64,000 nt of DNA, taken from Rhynchobatus australiae. Lineage: Eukaryota. Under the pieces are notes generated by a model. That model was not told the origin of the DNA and searched no databases. It saw only the letters and a program-made list of their open reading frames with translations. How positions within the stretch are numbered: position 1 is the first letter of the stretch; each line of letters opens with the position of its first letter. The stretch spans positions 19,840,225 through 19,904,224 of the forward strand of contig JAUZTB010000048.1 in assembly GCA_034780895.1 (NCBI GenBank), written 5' to 3'. Both the position numbers and the translations under genes were made by a program. Below, one piece after another: positions 27,672 to 40,200 of this stretch.

Positions 27672-29374
27672 CTTTTCTCTTTCCACAGATGTAGTCAGAC
27701 TTTCTGAGCATTTCCAGCATTTTCTGTTTTTATTTCGGATTTCTGGCATTTGTTGGATTTGAAAGGAACAATAAACTAGGAAAAGTCTCACAAAATAATT
27801 CTAATGATGTTCTACACTAACAAGAGAAATTGTATATGTAAAATGATCTATAACCAAATGTTTGTAGTTTGAATGATCAGATTTACACTACTGGGTATGT
27901 GCTTAAAAATTCACTTCTTTTTTGGACCTCAGTATGGATCTTTAGGTTGGTGGATGTCTCTTACAGTTACCTTCTGGGGTTGGGTTGAATCTGCCTGGGT
28001 GAATAAAACTACTCAAGGCTCACAGAGAAGCACAACTCAGAAGTCTTTTAGGAAGACTGAGCAGTCACCAGAAACAAAATGCTATAAATACAGATGTTCC
28101 AAATAATATAACAGAAGATATGACATGATGAAAGTTATGAACACATAAAATATGGTGCACTAATGTGGCCTCTATACTCCAGATCTTACATAGGTTTAAT
28201 GCTTAACTGTAATTATAACATTTAATCTCTGACTCACAACTTCCTCCAGTAATTATTTGAAGGATCCCATCGCCAATTATATATCAATCATATGCATAGT
28301 TCCCTTGCAGTAAGTCTTTTAAGTTTAATATTATTCACTCTTTAACTTTAGATGATTTGAACATAATTCACTGTGGTTATCACTCAGCGTGTTCAGGTAA
28401 ATACAGGAATCAGTCCTCTCTGCAGCTATCTGAACTTTCCTTATTTTATAATCCAAAAATCACAAGTGTAAAAATTTGCTGATGTAGCCTCCGCTTCAAT
28501 TTTATCATCTTCATCCTGTTTTCCTGCTGCAAGACCATGAACTGTTCGATATAGAAATGTTTGTTGTTCAACCATTAGCACAGCAGAAATACTTTGGTGG
28601 GGAAGGAATAAGCTTATCTGCATCCTGTAAAGTTGTTGGTTAGGTATTACTCTAGTAACGCTTCTGATATCAACCACTTTCAAATATACTTGGAGACAGA
28701 ATCAGTCATATTAATAACATCATCACCATTTATGTGTTGACTTGTAAATCTTTTTTGATATTCACACCACAAGGGTTTTGAGAACTTGTTTGTGTTTGTA
28801 AGAACCGCTTCTTCAGCAGTTCCTGTCAGCTCTCAGTCTGTTTGAAAAGTTGACTGCAGAACCCCTTCATAACATTCAGGGACAGCACTTTTGGACAATT
28901 TTTTATCCATGTTGGTTTATCAGGAGTTAAGAGCACACTTATTGCAGGTTTTTTTTGTTGATTTCGTATTCCTAATTATAATCATCTCATTTATTTCTAA
29001 TAGATTCAAATGTAGTTGTTCAGTCTCTCAGCATTAATATAACTGGACTTTAAATTGCCCGAACAAATGTCTAATTGGTAGGTTTAAAGCTTAGTGAGTG
29101 CAGTTAGCTCATTTTCCAGAACCAATTCAAGTTAGATGTCTATAATAATAACAACAGGAGATTAATTTAAAACTGGTCCCAAGTTGCCATGAGTTTCTGT
29201 TCTTGCTAAATGTTATATAAATCATTAAACTGCCTGCTGATGAAACCATGTGCCATAAATCCACCAGATGTGCCTTGCAATGAGTGCCCCAAGGAGCCAT
29301 CTTCAAGTGGTTATACTCTGGATCTTATACCATATGAACCCCTTAGCTGCTGACTAAGCACAGCAATTACATCA

Positions 29375-29965
29375 GGCATAGTATCATACAGCACGAAAAC
29401 AGGCCCTTCGGCCCAGTGTGTCTGTACTGACTGTGAACCACCCATTTACACTAATCCTACATCAGTCCCATTTTATTCTCCCACATTCAACCACTTGCCT
29501 ACACACTGGAGACAATTTACAACAGCCAAATAATCTACCAACTAGCACGTCTTTGGGATGTGGGTGGAAACGGGAGCACCTGGGGGAAGCCCATATCAGC
29601 ACAGGGAAAACGTGCAAACTCCACATCTCTCCCCTAATGGTTCCCATTATCGCCTCCCTTACATATCAGATTCCAGCACCTGTGTCCACCTTCACTCTCC
29701 CTTCTCCTCACCTCGCTCCATCTGCCTCTCCTTTTTCTCTGCCTTCATCCATTATCCACTACCTAGCTTGACCTACCCATCATCCTTCACTCTTCCTCAG
29801 CCCACCAATTGGGCTCCTGTCTCACCAACCCCCTCTCCTCTTTATACTGACTATCTCTCCACTCTCAGTCCTGATGCAGCATTTCCACCCAAAACGTCAA
29901 AAATTCCTTTTCCTCCTAGAGATGCTGCTTAAACTGTTGAGTTCCTCCAACAGATTGTTTGTTGC
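29375..29965. mobile_element. Antisense V-SINE (about 29375-29625) followed by a Penelope-like terminal repeat (about 29650-29965)
   Basis: aggcccttcggccc..gaaaacgtgcaaactccaca; then cctgatgcag..caaaacgtc..gagatgctgct. Confidence 0.65.
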
Positions 29966-32900
29966 TACAGCACAGGAAGTGATTATCAGAGACAGAGGAA
30001 AAGATTCAAGATGTGCTCAATGCTCCTTGACAAATTGTAACACCTCCACTAACTCACTTCCAAGGTTACTTACCTTTTCCCCTGGTTCTGTAAGAGTCAG
30101 ATCTGAAATGTACTATATTCATGTATCAGATTTTAACCTCATTCTTGAAGAAAATTCACTTGTTCTTAAGAGTAAAAATTCTCCTGATTGAATTTAATAT
30201 AAAAAACTTTTCTAGTGGTATTCTGTCCGAAACGTTGAGGTAGTATGATCCCACCATGTCAGTCACAAATTCGAAGCCTTTTTATTACAAAGGAAGTGAA
30301 TTATTCAGTAATTCAGTGAGTACTACAACACTGCCAATAGCAGAGCAAGGCTCAGGTGAACTAAACAGATTAGCACCTTTATAAGAAATGACAGAGAATT
30401 GTTACTCATCCTCTCATGGCCCCATCATTCAGTTCTCGTCTTCATTGCTTTGTGATTTGCAGGTTTGGGCTTTGGTTAAGGAATCTCTCCTTACTTGTTT
30501 GAGACCCTTGAACCTTATTAAGTGAGTGAAAACAATTGCATTAAAAATGTACTGTAAACTGTAAACCAATCACCCACTAATTATCTTAATTTTACAGTTA
30601 ATGCTCCAAATTTGCATGACAACCATCACCCATATTTCAACTGTAGTGCTCTTAGGAACAATTCAATTTACTAGCTAGTGTCATATTCAAGTTAGACAGA
30701 GATCAAATTTACATACAGTGCCAAGGTGGTGGATGAAACATGATGGACAATAATTTTCCCGTGAGCTGCTGGGTATGCTTTTGTTAGCCTCCAGGTATTT
30801 TAGGCAGAAGATAAAACAAAACAAAGCAAATTAATGCATGGAAGATTTTGCACAGCCGATTTTCTGAGCTTTGCGTCAGTAATTTAGTTTTGGCTTTCAA
30901 GTGGGATAAGGTGGAATAAGAGAGGTTATTTTCCAATTAAAACATTGAAACATCAAAAGATTTTTGATTGAAGTTATCTGGCTGCAAATTCCTAAATGAG
31001 CAGTCCAGCCTTTCAAAACACCATTTGCCTGGCAATCATTAAGGATAAAAGAATTGGTTCATTTTTGTTTGAATAGGTTGGTCTGGTCCATTTCCAAGAT
31101 TATTATTTGCCACAATCAAATATGTGCTGCGTTTTTCAAGTTGGTAACAGTCTCAAGTGCATTGGAAGATTGTAAGTTCGAGGTTCACTCTGCCACCTGA
31201 GTGCATCATCTTGGCTGGCATTCCAATGACATACTGAAGAAATCCTTCAGCAGCAGCTCTGCAGTGAAGCTGAGGCTGCAGTGAAAGTATTTCCTGAAGT
31301 GAGGCCACCTGGTTCAGGTAGACATTGGCACAGCTCATTACAAGTTGAGGAAGTGTAGTACATTTTACTCTTGTCCTGGACCAAAACATCTCTCTCTAAT
31401 AACACCATCAAGAATAGTTTTATTCAATTCAAAGTAATTAATCACATATGAAATGCTTTAGAATGTTGTCGCAAGTGTCAAAACACTGCACTAAAACAGT
31501 GCTAAAACTGTTCTATTGAGTGGTTGGCTTATAGTCAGCCAAATAGAATTATTGGTTCTGTGCACCCTAAGGACGTTGCATCTTGGGGGAAGAAGCCATA
31601 TTTAGGAAGAGGGTGAGGTATCTTTGATGATGGAGGCAGATTTCACTTTGGTATTGTGATTTGTAGTATTTCGGTTTCTTGGGTGTTTCTTTCTTTTGAT
31701 AGGCATGGAAAGCGATCTAATCAGTTTAGAGATGAGAGATTGATGGCAAGATCCAGTTCTAATTTTTATGTGCTTTAAGGGAGAGATTTATGTATTCAAG
31801 ACTCGCGTCAACTGAGAGTTTAAAGTTATGACTGGATTTTCTGTTTTTACTCAAGTGTCATTGGGGATGGTGAGATATGCTGGATGTCATAGGTAAATTT
31901 TGTAATATTAGTTATAATTAAAGTACAATGGAAGTGAGGAAGTATGAGGCTGTGCTATTTTCATTGCTTTTTTGTTTGTGTGGTGTAAGTACAGGATATT
32001 GTGCTTTCCGAGGGGGATTTATTCCCCAATTTAATTTGAGTTTGCTCTATTGCAGATTTCTTTCTTGGGTGGGTGCTGTTTGGTTAAAGATATGATCTTG
32101 GAAGCGTAGTATAGTACCTATGTTTCTACTTGTTTAGTATGACGTTTGGGTTGTTACTTGATGGTCAGCTTTTTGTAAAAGGTGCAGATACTGCTGAGTG
32201 ACTTAGGGATGGGGGAGGTGGGGTTCCTGTTGAGTATTTGACACATGCCATGCAGGGCTGTTCAGAATATTGCTGAAGTGATTTTCTGCAAAGTTTGCCA
32301 CAAAAGTTGACTGCAAACATTATTTGGCAGTTGTTGCATTTTTATTGCTTACTTAACTCTGGCTACCACTTCTAACAAGTGCTCGATTCTTACTCAAGTT
32401 ATGAAAACAGGTAATTATATTCTTGGTTGTAACTATTCCTTCAGATTGCCTTCCAGTAGGAACAGTTCCTATAAGGTCTCAATTATTTTTAGCAAACAGT
32501 GGCAGTTAATTAGCCTTTGCAAGTCCATGTTTACCAGGGTTCTGTTTGTTGTCAATATGGTTTCCCTTGCCAAACCACAATAGGCCTTGCAGACTAAATC
32601 ACCATCAAAGGCCTTTCCTCTGTACTTCCACCAAAGCAGAGCAAGTGAGGGAACTCTGATAGGTTGGTGGATTAAACTGGAAGGCATTCTTGTGGGCTGT
32701 GGATAGATGGATGAACGATGGGCATATCACATGGGGAATGATCACATTCACAAGGATCAGGCTGGATCACAGCAAGAATGCTATCAGCTGCTGGGGGAAG
32801 GTGAGAAGCTTTAGATTTAGTCAGGTGAGATATTCACTAATTATTGTGCCATTCAATTCCATTTAGATATTTATACTGGAAGAACTTGGCTACAATTGAT

Positions 32901-32989
32901 TCATAAGTGCAGATCTTCAGTGGTGATGTTCTCTGCTGCTGTAGTCTTTGTAGTATTTTTTGATATTTAATATAGCTAATTACTAGCCA

Positions 32990-34250
32990 GTTGGTCTACT
33001 CTCAGTGATGAAAGATGCTGTCAACAGTGTTATCAAGTGATACTTGTTCACCAATAGTGTTGTCACTGATGCCCAGTTATGGTTTTGCTAGGACCACTTG
33101 GCTTCACATCTCTTCACAGCCTTGATCCAAATGTGGACCAAAGAGCTGAATTTCAGGTGTGAGATGAGAGTGGCTGCTCTTGACACCAACAGAACATTTG
33201 ACCAAGTGTGACATCAAGATCTCTGGCAAAACTGAGGTCATTGGACATTAGGGGAAAACACTCCAATAGTTGGATTCATACCTCATAGAAAAGAAGACAT
33301 CTGTAGTTGATGCAGATCTATAATTCCAGCTCCAGGANNNNNNNNNNAGATGTCCCTCAGAGCATTGTCCTCAGCACAACCATCTTCAGCTGCTTCATCA
33401 CCAACTTCCCTTCCATTACCAGGTCTGAAGTGAGGGTGTTCACCGATGATGGTGCAGTTTAATTTAATTCCCAACTTGTCAGCAAATGAAGCAGTCCATG
33501 TCTGCAGACCCTGATTCCAGATAACATTCAAGCATGAGGTGACGTGGCAAGCAACATTCATACAACAGAAGTGCTAGGCAATGTCTGTCTCCAGCAAAAG
33601 AGAGTCTAATTAACTATGAGATATTCAATGATATTAACATTACTGATTCCCCACCATTAACTTTGAGTGGTCATCATCAATCAAAAACTCAATTGGACCA
33701 GCAATATAATTCATGCAGCTGCCTTAACAGGTTAGAGGCCAGATATCCATTGGTACATAGTGTGCTTCCTGACACCCCAAAATCTTTCTGTTTTCTAAAT
33801 GGTACAAGTCAGCAGTGTGATGGAATGCTGTCAACTTGTTGGAAGCTCAATATCATCCAGAACAAAGTAGCTTGCTTGATACACCATCAACCGCAATAAA
33901 CATTCATTCCTTAAACCACAGGTGTACAGAGGCTGCATTGAAAATCAACTACAAAAGCCTCTCCAGCTGCTCATCTAGGTTTCTCTGGAGGCACCTCCCA
34001 AACCCACAACTTCTACTACCAAGGAAAGCAAGGGCAGCAGAAGGGACGCCACCACTTGAAAGTTATCTATAATCCACAAACCATGCCAGCTTGGAAGTAC
34101 ATTCCCATTCCTTTATTGTCATTGAGTCTAAAGCCTGGAACTCCCTACTTAATGGCACTCTGGGAATAGCCTCATTAGAAAGAAGCTGGCCACCACCTTC
34201 TCAAGGATGGGCAATAAATGCTGATCTTGCCAGTGATACCCAGATCCAAA
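32990..34250 (+). mobile_element. Decayed non-LTR retrotransposon (CR1/L2 group), RT and 3' tail; antisense relatives at about 11050-11290, 13180-13300 and 60930-61350
   Basis: RVAALD..FDQV.HQ, VPQ.SI...P.IF..FI, .FTDD motifs; tail gatgggcaataaatgctg. Confidence 0.75.
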
Positions 34251-34524
34251 AAAATTAATGTTTTGAAAAATCTGCTTTTTTTTCAGTACAGCATTTAAAA
34301 GACTAGTTTAATGAAATGTTGTGTTTTTTTTTCTCTGTACCAAGAGTGCACTTTTTTCACCTAATGCCATTGTTTTGAAGCATATCTATTTACACTTGGA
34401 CAAGATAAGCTATTGATTTGTCTTTTTTTAATTATGAGGTGAACAACTCTTTCTCCATCCCTGAAAAAGGCTACTTAATTATATTTCTAAACAAATTATT
34501 GTAACTTTGTATTTTTTCACTCAG

Positions 34525-34676
34525 ATGAGCTTTCTGGGGAAGATGGTATGGCTAAGCTCTGCATTGAATATGAAAGAGACTCTGCAAGCACAAGAAAGAA
34601 ACCTGCGAGTCTCCTTGATGCTTTAGAACACAGTGAAATGAAGGCTGATGAAGGGATATCCCTCGGTGAGAAAAAG
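34525..34676 (+). CDS. RTEL1: RTEL1 exon (exon 27 equivalent), ELSGEDGMAKLCIEYERDSASTRKKPASLLDALEHSEMKADEGISLGEKK
   Basis: actcag|...AAG|gtaggt; 152 nt; LCxEYE and LLxALEHSE motifs. Confidence 0.92.
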
Positions 34677-36539
34677 GTAGGTTGTGTACTCGAGTGAAAT
34701 GTTTAGCAATACCATCTACACTTGAGCACCACAAGCGTTCTCCATTATCCAGACTGTTTTTGTAAAATAAACATTTCTGCAATTGGAACAGTTACCTTTT
34801 CCTGAGCATTTCTAAGAGTTTCAAACTCTCCTTGAAATGTTAACTTTAACTGCCTGTATTTAATCTGTTATTTAATCAGGCCCATGAGCACAACATGCTT
34901 TTCTCTGAAGCTGCTCTAATGGACATCTAGGCGAGAACACATCATTTGGTTTTCAACTGTTATGGTTACCAAGGCAACTTTATTTTCCTCTCACTGTCAA
35001 ATTTCTTCTCATCATTGTATTTGTACAGTTACCCTTCACCCAGCAATCTGTCTCTCTCCACCCTATGACAACTGATTAAGTCAACACTGAATAGTTTGAA
35101 AAGCATTCCAATTAGTCTCACTCCCTAGCACCTTTATCATAATCCTGCTAATGTTACATCTTCAGATATTGTAGGAAACAAATGGTCAAAGGACATTTTG
35201 AGTGTAAAGCTACTAATAGTAGTAAATGAAAATATAGAAATTAATGTTACTAATGAAACGACTGCTGGACCCAAATGCCCACATTATAAGATTCTAAGTG
35301 CTGACAGATGGATGTGATGTATTCACCAGATGACCTGATGTCAAAAGTGTGGAAAATGTTGGAATTTATCAGCAAGGGAGTGGAAATAGGACATCTTGAA
35401 AATCACTGTCATTGTTGAACAATATTATGAAAGGCAAATAATGTATCACAAATCAAATAGGAATTTTTGATGGTGTAATTAGGGGAGTAAACCAAATGTG
35501 AATAGGTCATTGGTTTACTCCCTAGTTATATCTTCAAGAATACTCCTGTTGTGGTTTGTGATGGATTATTTTCCTGTCATGTTGTTGTTCTTCTTAACCG
35601 TAGGTCATTGGATTTTCAAATGGTATTTGATAACATCAAGTATTTTGACACATCGAAGGTTACAGTGTAGGGTTAATGCTCTTAGGGTGGGGCTGTTGTA
35701 TTAATATTAATTTGATAGGTATAAACCATTTCTTCTTTGCATTCTTCAAAATAGAGGCTGACTTGAGTCAGTTCTTTGAGTTCTGAGGTTTCTGACGAAA
35801 CTAATGTAGTAACTATGAATTCTTCGATTGGTAGGGCAGAAGGTGGGTGATTGATCCGCTTGTGAGATAGCGTACTCCTTCTGCCACTTATGCAGGACTT
35901 TTGTGTGCATCTAGCATATGAACTCTAGATTCTCAGTTGCAGCCCAAATGCTACTCCACTTTGAGTAGTTATTGGCCATGACTCAGTAAGGATGCTGCTT
36001 TTATTTGCTAGAAAGTATCCATGAATCTTTTTTTTAACTGTCCAGCAATTCCTCATAGAACCTGAAATAGACTGTCTGTTTTGGTGTCTGGTATTGGGCA
36101 TGTGAACAACACGGCCAGCCCCAGCAGAGCTGACTGAGTGTAACTCAGACTGCATGGCTGCGGATGTTGGCCTAGAAGAGGACACTAACATTAGTTCACT
36201 TGTCTTGCAGTGGATTTGAAGGATTTTGCAGAAACCTGGAAAATTGCTAAGCAGAGTCAACATCATAAAATTGAAACAGAAAATGCCAGGTCACACTGTA
36301 TCTATGGGAAGAGAAACAGAGTTAATGTTGAAGAGTTAACATTGTTTTCTGAAAGGGGAGTAGTTTGTAACAAATCTACTATGAGTTTTGTCAGGGTGTA
36401 ATTAGGGAAGTGAAACAAGTGGATTTGGATTTTCAAATGACACGTAAAAGGTTGATGTACAACATTGAGATTCTTGGGTGGGGACATTGATGTCGTAATG
36501 TTGGTGATGTCTTTCCATTGCTTTGAAGTGCCTAGAGGA

Positions 36540-36832
36540 AGATAAGATATTAGTCACATGTACATTGAAACACAGTGAAATGTGTCTTTTTGCGTTACTG
36601 AGAATGTGCTGGGGGCAGCCGGCAAGTGTCACCACGCTTAGGGCGCCAACATAGCATGCCCACAGCTCCTAACCTGTACATCTTTGGAATGTGAGAGGAA
36701 ACCAGAGCAGCCAATGGAAACCCACGCAGACACAGAGAGAACGTACAAACTCCTTACAGGCAGCAATGGAATTGAACCCGGGTTGCTGGCACTGTAATAG
36801 CGTTACGCCAACCGCTACACTACCGTGCCGCC
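36540..36832 (-). mobile_element. Near full-length tRNA-derived SINE, antisense; same family at 4105-4232 (+), 25292-25572 (-) and 61890-62070 (-)
   Basis: Intact A/B-box head (reverse complement GGGCGGCACGGTAGTGTAGCGG..GGGTTCAATTCC) and shared body. Confidence 0.85.
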
Positions 36833-36839
36833 CTCGTAT

Positions 36840-37600
36840 CTCAAGAGCTTGAAGGAAGGCAGGATCACCTTGGACTGGTAGACCATGAATTTTGTGCCAG
36901 GTTTCAGGTCTTGATCTTCAAACATCCTTTGCCTCAGTTGGCCAGAGGCTTAGCTGGCAAATGTAAGGCAATGGTGAATTTCATCATTAATGTCTGCCTT
37001 CGCCAGGAGGCAGCATCCAAAGTGGTCCATGTTTTCCAGCGTTGTGACGTGATATGTATTGTTAGAGGACAGTGTTGACTAGTGAGAATGTTGAGCATAA
37101 AGCCCATCCTCTCAGATGCTTCATCGTGTGAGTCGACATTAATGTAGTGTTCTGATGGTGCACAAATGCAAACATAGCCTGCCCTAATGCAGCTTGAATA
37201 CTGGGGTTGGAATAACCTTGGTATGCAATTTGAATAGTTCTCCTTAGATCCACTCCAGTGGGAAGCTTGTTAGAGGTGAGATATGCCACTGCAGTGAGAA
37301 AGACTGAGGGTAATGACAAAGCCTTGCTTGACACTGGTCTGCACCAGTGTTGGCTGTTCTGTAGACCATTGGTTAGAATCGTGGCCTGCATGCCACCATG
37401 AAGGAAACGTAAGATGAAACCAGATTTCTAAGCACAGCGCAAATTGAGAAGGATGCTCCACAATCAACAGGGTCAAAGGAATAAGGAAAGGCCATTTAGA
37501 GTGTTTGGAGCTGCTCCACACATTTCTCCTGGAGTTGCCACTCTATGAAGATAATGTCCACTGTGCTTCTAGGTAGGAGGACTCCACATCAGAATTTGGG
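36840..37600 (-). mobile_element. RTE-clade LINE remnant; a second RTE remnant lies at about 40690-41700 (-)
   Basis: LENMDHF..LLAKADINDEIHH; FFSTIKAI in the second block. Confidence 0.65.
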
Positions 37601-37619
37601 GAAGAATTCTTAGGCTACT

Positions 37620-38930
37620 GAGAGAAGCTGATTGAAGAGGACTTATGGGGGAGGTTCAGTCTGCTCAGGAAGCAAGGAAAGAGATTACAGATGACTGCAA
37701 ATGTTGAACCCTTTTCAAGAAGGCCAGCAGTGAAAAGCCTGACAACTGCAGACATAAGCCTGTTATCAGTAGTAGGAAAACTAATGGAAAAAATTCTGAG
37801 GGGCATAATTAATGATCACTTGAAAAGACAAGGACAAATCAAAGATCGCCAGCATGGCTTTGTCAAGAACCTATCCTGTCTGACCAATCTGATTTGAATT
37901 TTTCTGAAGAGGTAACAAAGTGTATTGATGAGACCAGTGCAGTAGATGTGGTTTACATGGATGTCAGTAAGGCCTTGGACAAGGTCCCACATGGGAGACT
38001 GGTCCAAAAAGTTAGAACCCATGGGATCCAAGACAAGTTGGACAAGTTGGATCTGAGTTTGCCTTGGTGGGCAAGAGGCACGGGGTGAGAGTCAAGCATT
38101 CTTTTTGCAAGTTGGAAGCTCGTGACTAGCAGTGAACCTCAGGGATCAGAGCTGGGACCTTGCTGCTCATTATATGGATTAATGATGTGGATGTGAATGT
38201 AGGAGGGTGGAATAGTAAGGTTGTTGATGTCATGAAAATTTGTGGATTTGCAGACAGTGAGGCAGTAGTCTTCAGCTACAGAATGACATTGGTGAGTCAG
38301 TAATATGGGTGGAGTAATGGCTGATGGAATCCTATCCTGATAGGAATGTGAATTGGAAGGACTAATAAGGCTAGGGTCCTAGGAAGTACAGGGGAACTGA
38401 AAGACCTTAGTGTACATGTCCAAGTATCCTTGAGGTAGCAACATGGATAGATGAGGTTGTTAAGAAAGTTTATGGGAAGCTTGCCTTCATTCAAGAGGTC
38501 ATCAAATACAAGGGCAAGGAGGTTAAGGTACAACTATATAAAAACCCTGAAATACTGTGTCAGGTTCTGGCCACACTGCAGAAGGTATGATTACACTGGA
38601 GAGGAAACAGAGGAGATTCCCAAGACCTTGCCTGGGATGGAACACTTCAGTTATGAAGAGAGATTGGAAGGGCTGGGTTTCCGTTCCTTGGTGCAGAGAA
38701 TGAAATTATGAGGCACATAAATAGATAGTGAGAAATGTTTCCTCAGAGCAGGTCTATCCATGAATGACCTGGTTTAAGGCAAGGGGTTGGAGATTTAGAG
38801 GGGATTTGAGAAAAGATTCAGCCAGAAGTTAATTGAAATCTGGAATGCTGAAGCAGGAACTCTCATTTAGATGAGGACTTGAAACACCATGACATAAAAG
38901 GCTTTGCTGATTGCTGGGAAATGGGATCAG
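37620..38930 (+). mobile_element. CR1 LINE ORF2 (RT) remnant
   Basis: SLLSVVGKLMEKILR..QHGFVK..SCLTNLI..AVDVVYMD.SKALDKVPHGRL. Confidence 0.88.
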
Positions 38931-40200
38931 AGTCAGGGAGTCACAACGTCATACGTCATGAAAACAGACACTTCAACCCAATTCATCCATGCCAACCAAG
39001 ATGCCAATCTAAGCCAAACCCATCTGCCTGCATTTAGTCCATGTCCCTCTCAACCTTTCCTATCCATGTACCTGTCCAAGTGTCTTTTAAATGTTATTGT
39101 ACCTGCCTCAATCCTTTGGCAGCTCATTCCTTATACACACCACCCTCTGCATGAAGAAGTTGTCCCTCAGGTCCTTTCTCATATCTTTCCCCTCTCACGT
39201 NNNNNNNNNNNNNNNNNNNNNNNNNNNNNNNNNNNNNNNNNNNNNNNNNNNNNNNNNNNNNNNNNNNNNNNNNNNNNNNNNNNNNNNNNNNNNNNNNNNN
39301 CCAAAAGAGGCCCCAATGATCCAGAAAACTGAATCCCTGCTCCTTACTCCAATCCCTCAGCCCACACATTCAACCTCCTCCTCATCCTGTTCCTATACCC
39401 ACTGTCGCTTAGCACGGGCAGGAATCTGGAAATTGCTATCTTTGAGGTCCTGCTTCTCACCTTCCTTCCTAATTCTCTATAGTCTCTTTTCAGGACCTCA
39501 TTCCTTCCCCTACCTATGTCATTGGTACCAATATGCACCAGTGCCTCGGGCTGTTCTCCCTCCCCCTTTAGGTTATCTTGGACGTGATCTGAAACATCCT
39601 GGACCCTGGTACCTGGGAGGCAAATTACCTTCCGAGTTTCTTTCCTGCATCCACAGAATTGCTTGTCTGCCCACCTAACTATAGAGTACCCTATCACTAG
39701 TGCCCTCCTCACTCCTTCCCTACCCATCTGAGCCACAGGGCTGGACTCTCTACCGGAGACACTGCCACTGTTGCTTCACCCAAGTAGGCTGTCTCCCCCA
39801 ACAGTACTCAAGCAGGAGCACTTATTATCAAGGTGTACAGCCGCAGGGGTACTCTCTAGTACCTGTCTCTTCCCCTTCCCCTCCTGACCATGACCCACTT
39901 GCCTGACTCCGGTGGTCCCGGTGTGACCACCTGCCTATAACTTCTATCACCTCCTCACTCTCCCTGACCAGACAAAGGTCATCGAGCTGCATCTTCAGTT
40001 CCCTAACACGGTCCCTCAGGAGCTGCAGCTCGACGCACCTGATGCAGGTGTAGCCTTCCTGGAGGCAGGGAGACTCTGGGAACTCCCACATCTGGCACTC
40101 ATACTCCTTCCTTAACTCAAGTCACCTACCTTTCCTCGCCCCTTGAGCCAAAGCCCAGAACACTCTGCTCCCCTCCACTCCGCAGCCTGCTGGATATGGC
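38930..40200 (-). mobile_element. Antisense CR1: 3' end (38930-39200), gap, then ORF1 (zinc finger, leucine zipper, SGNH esterase)
   Basis: MWE..CIRCVELQLLRDRVRELK; RRALVIGYSIVR..CLPGTRVQDV..VHIGTNDIG. Confidence 0.85.

Noticed and set aside
31520-32260. Strand-biased GT-rich stretch, possibly an old antisense L1-like element
   Set aside because: No diagnostic motif could be read with confidence
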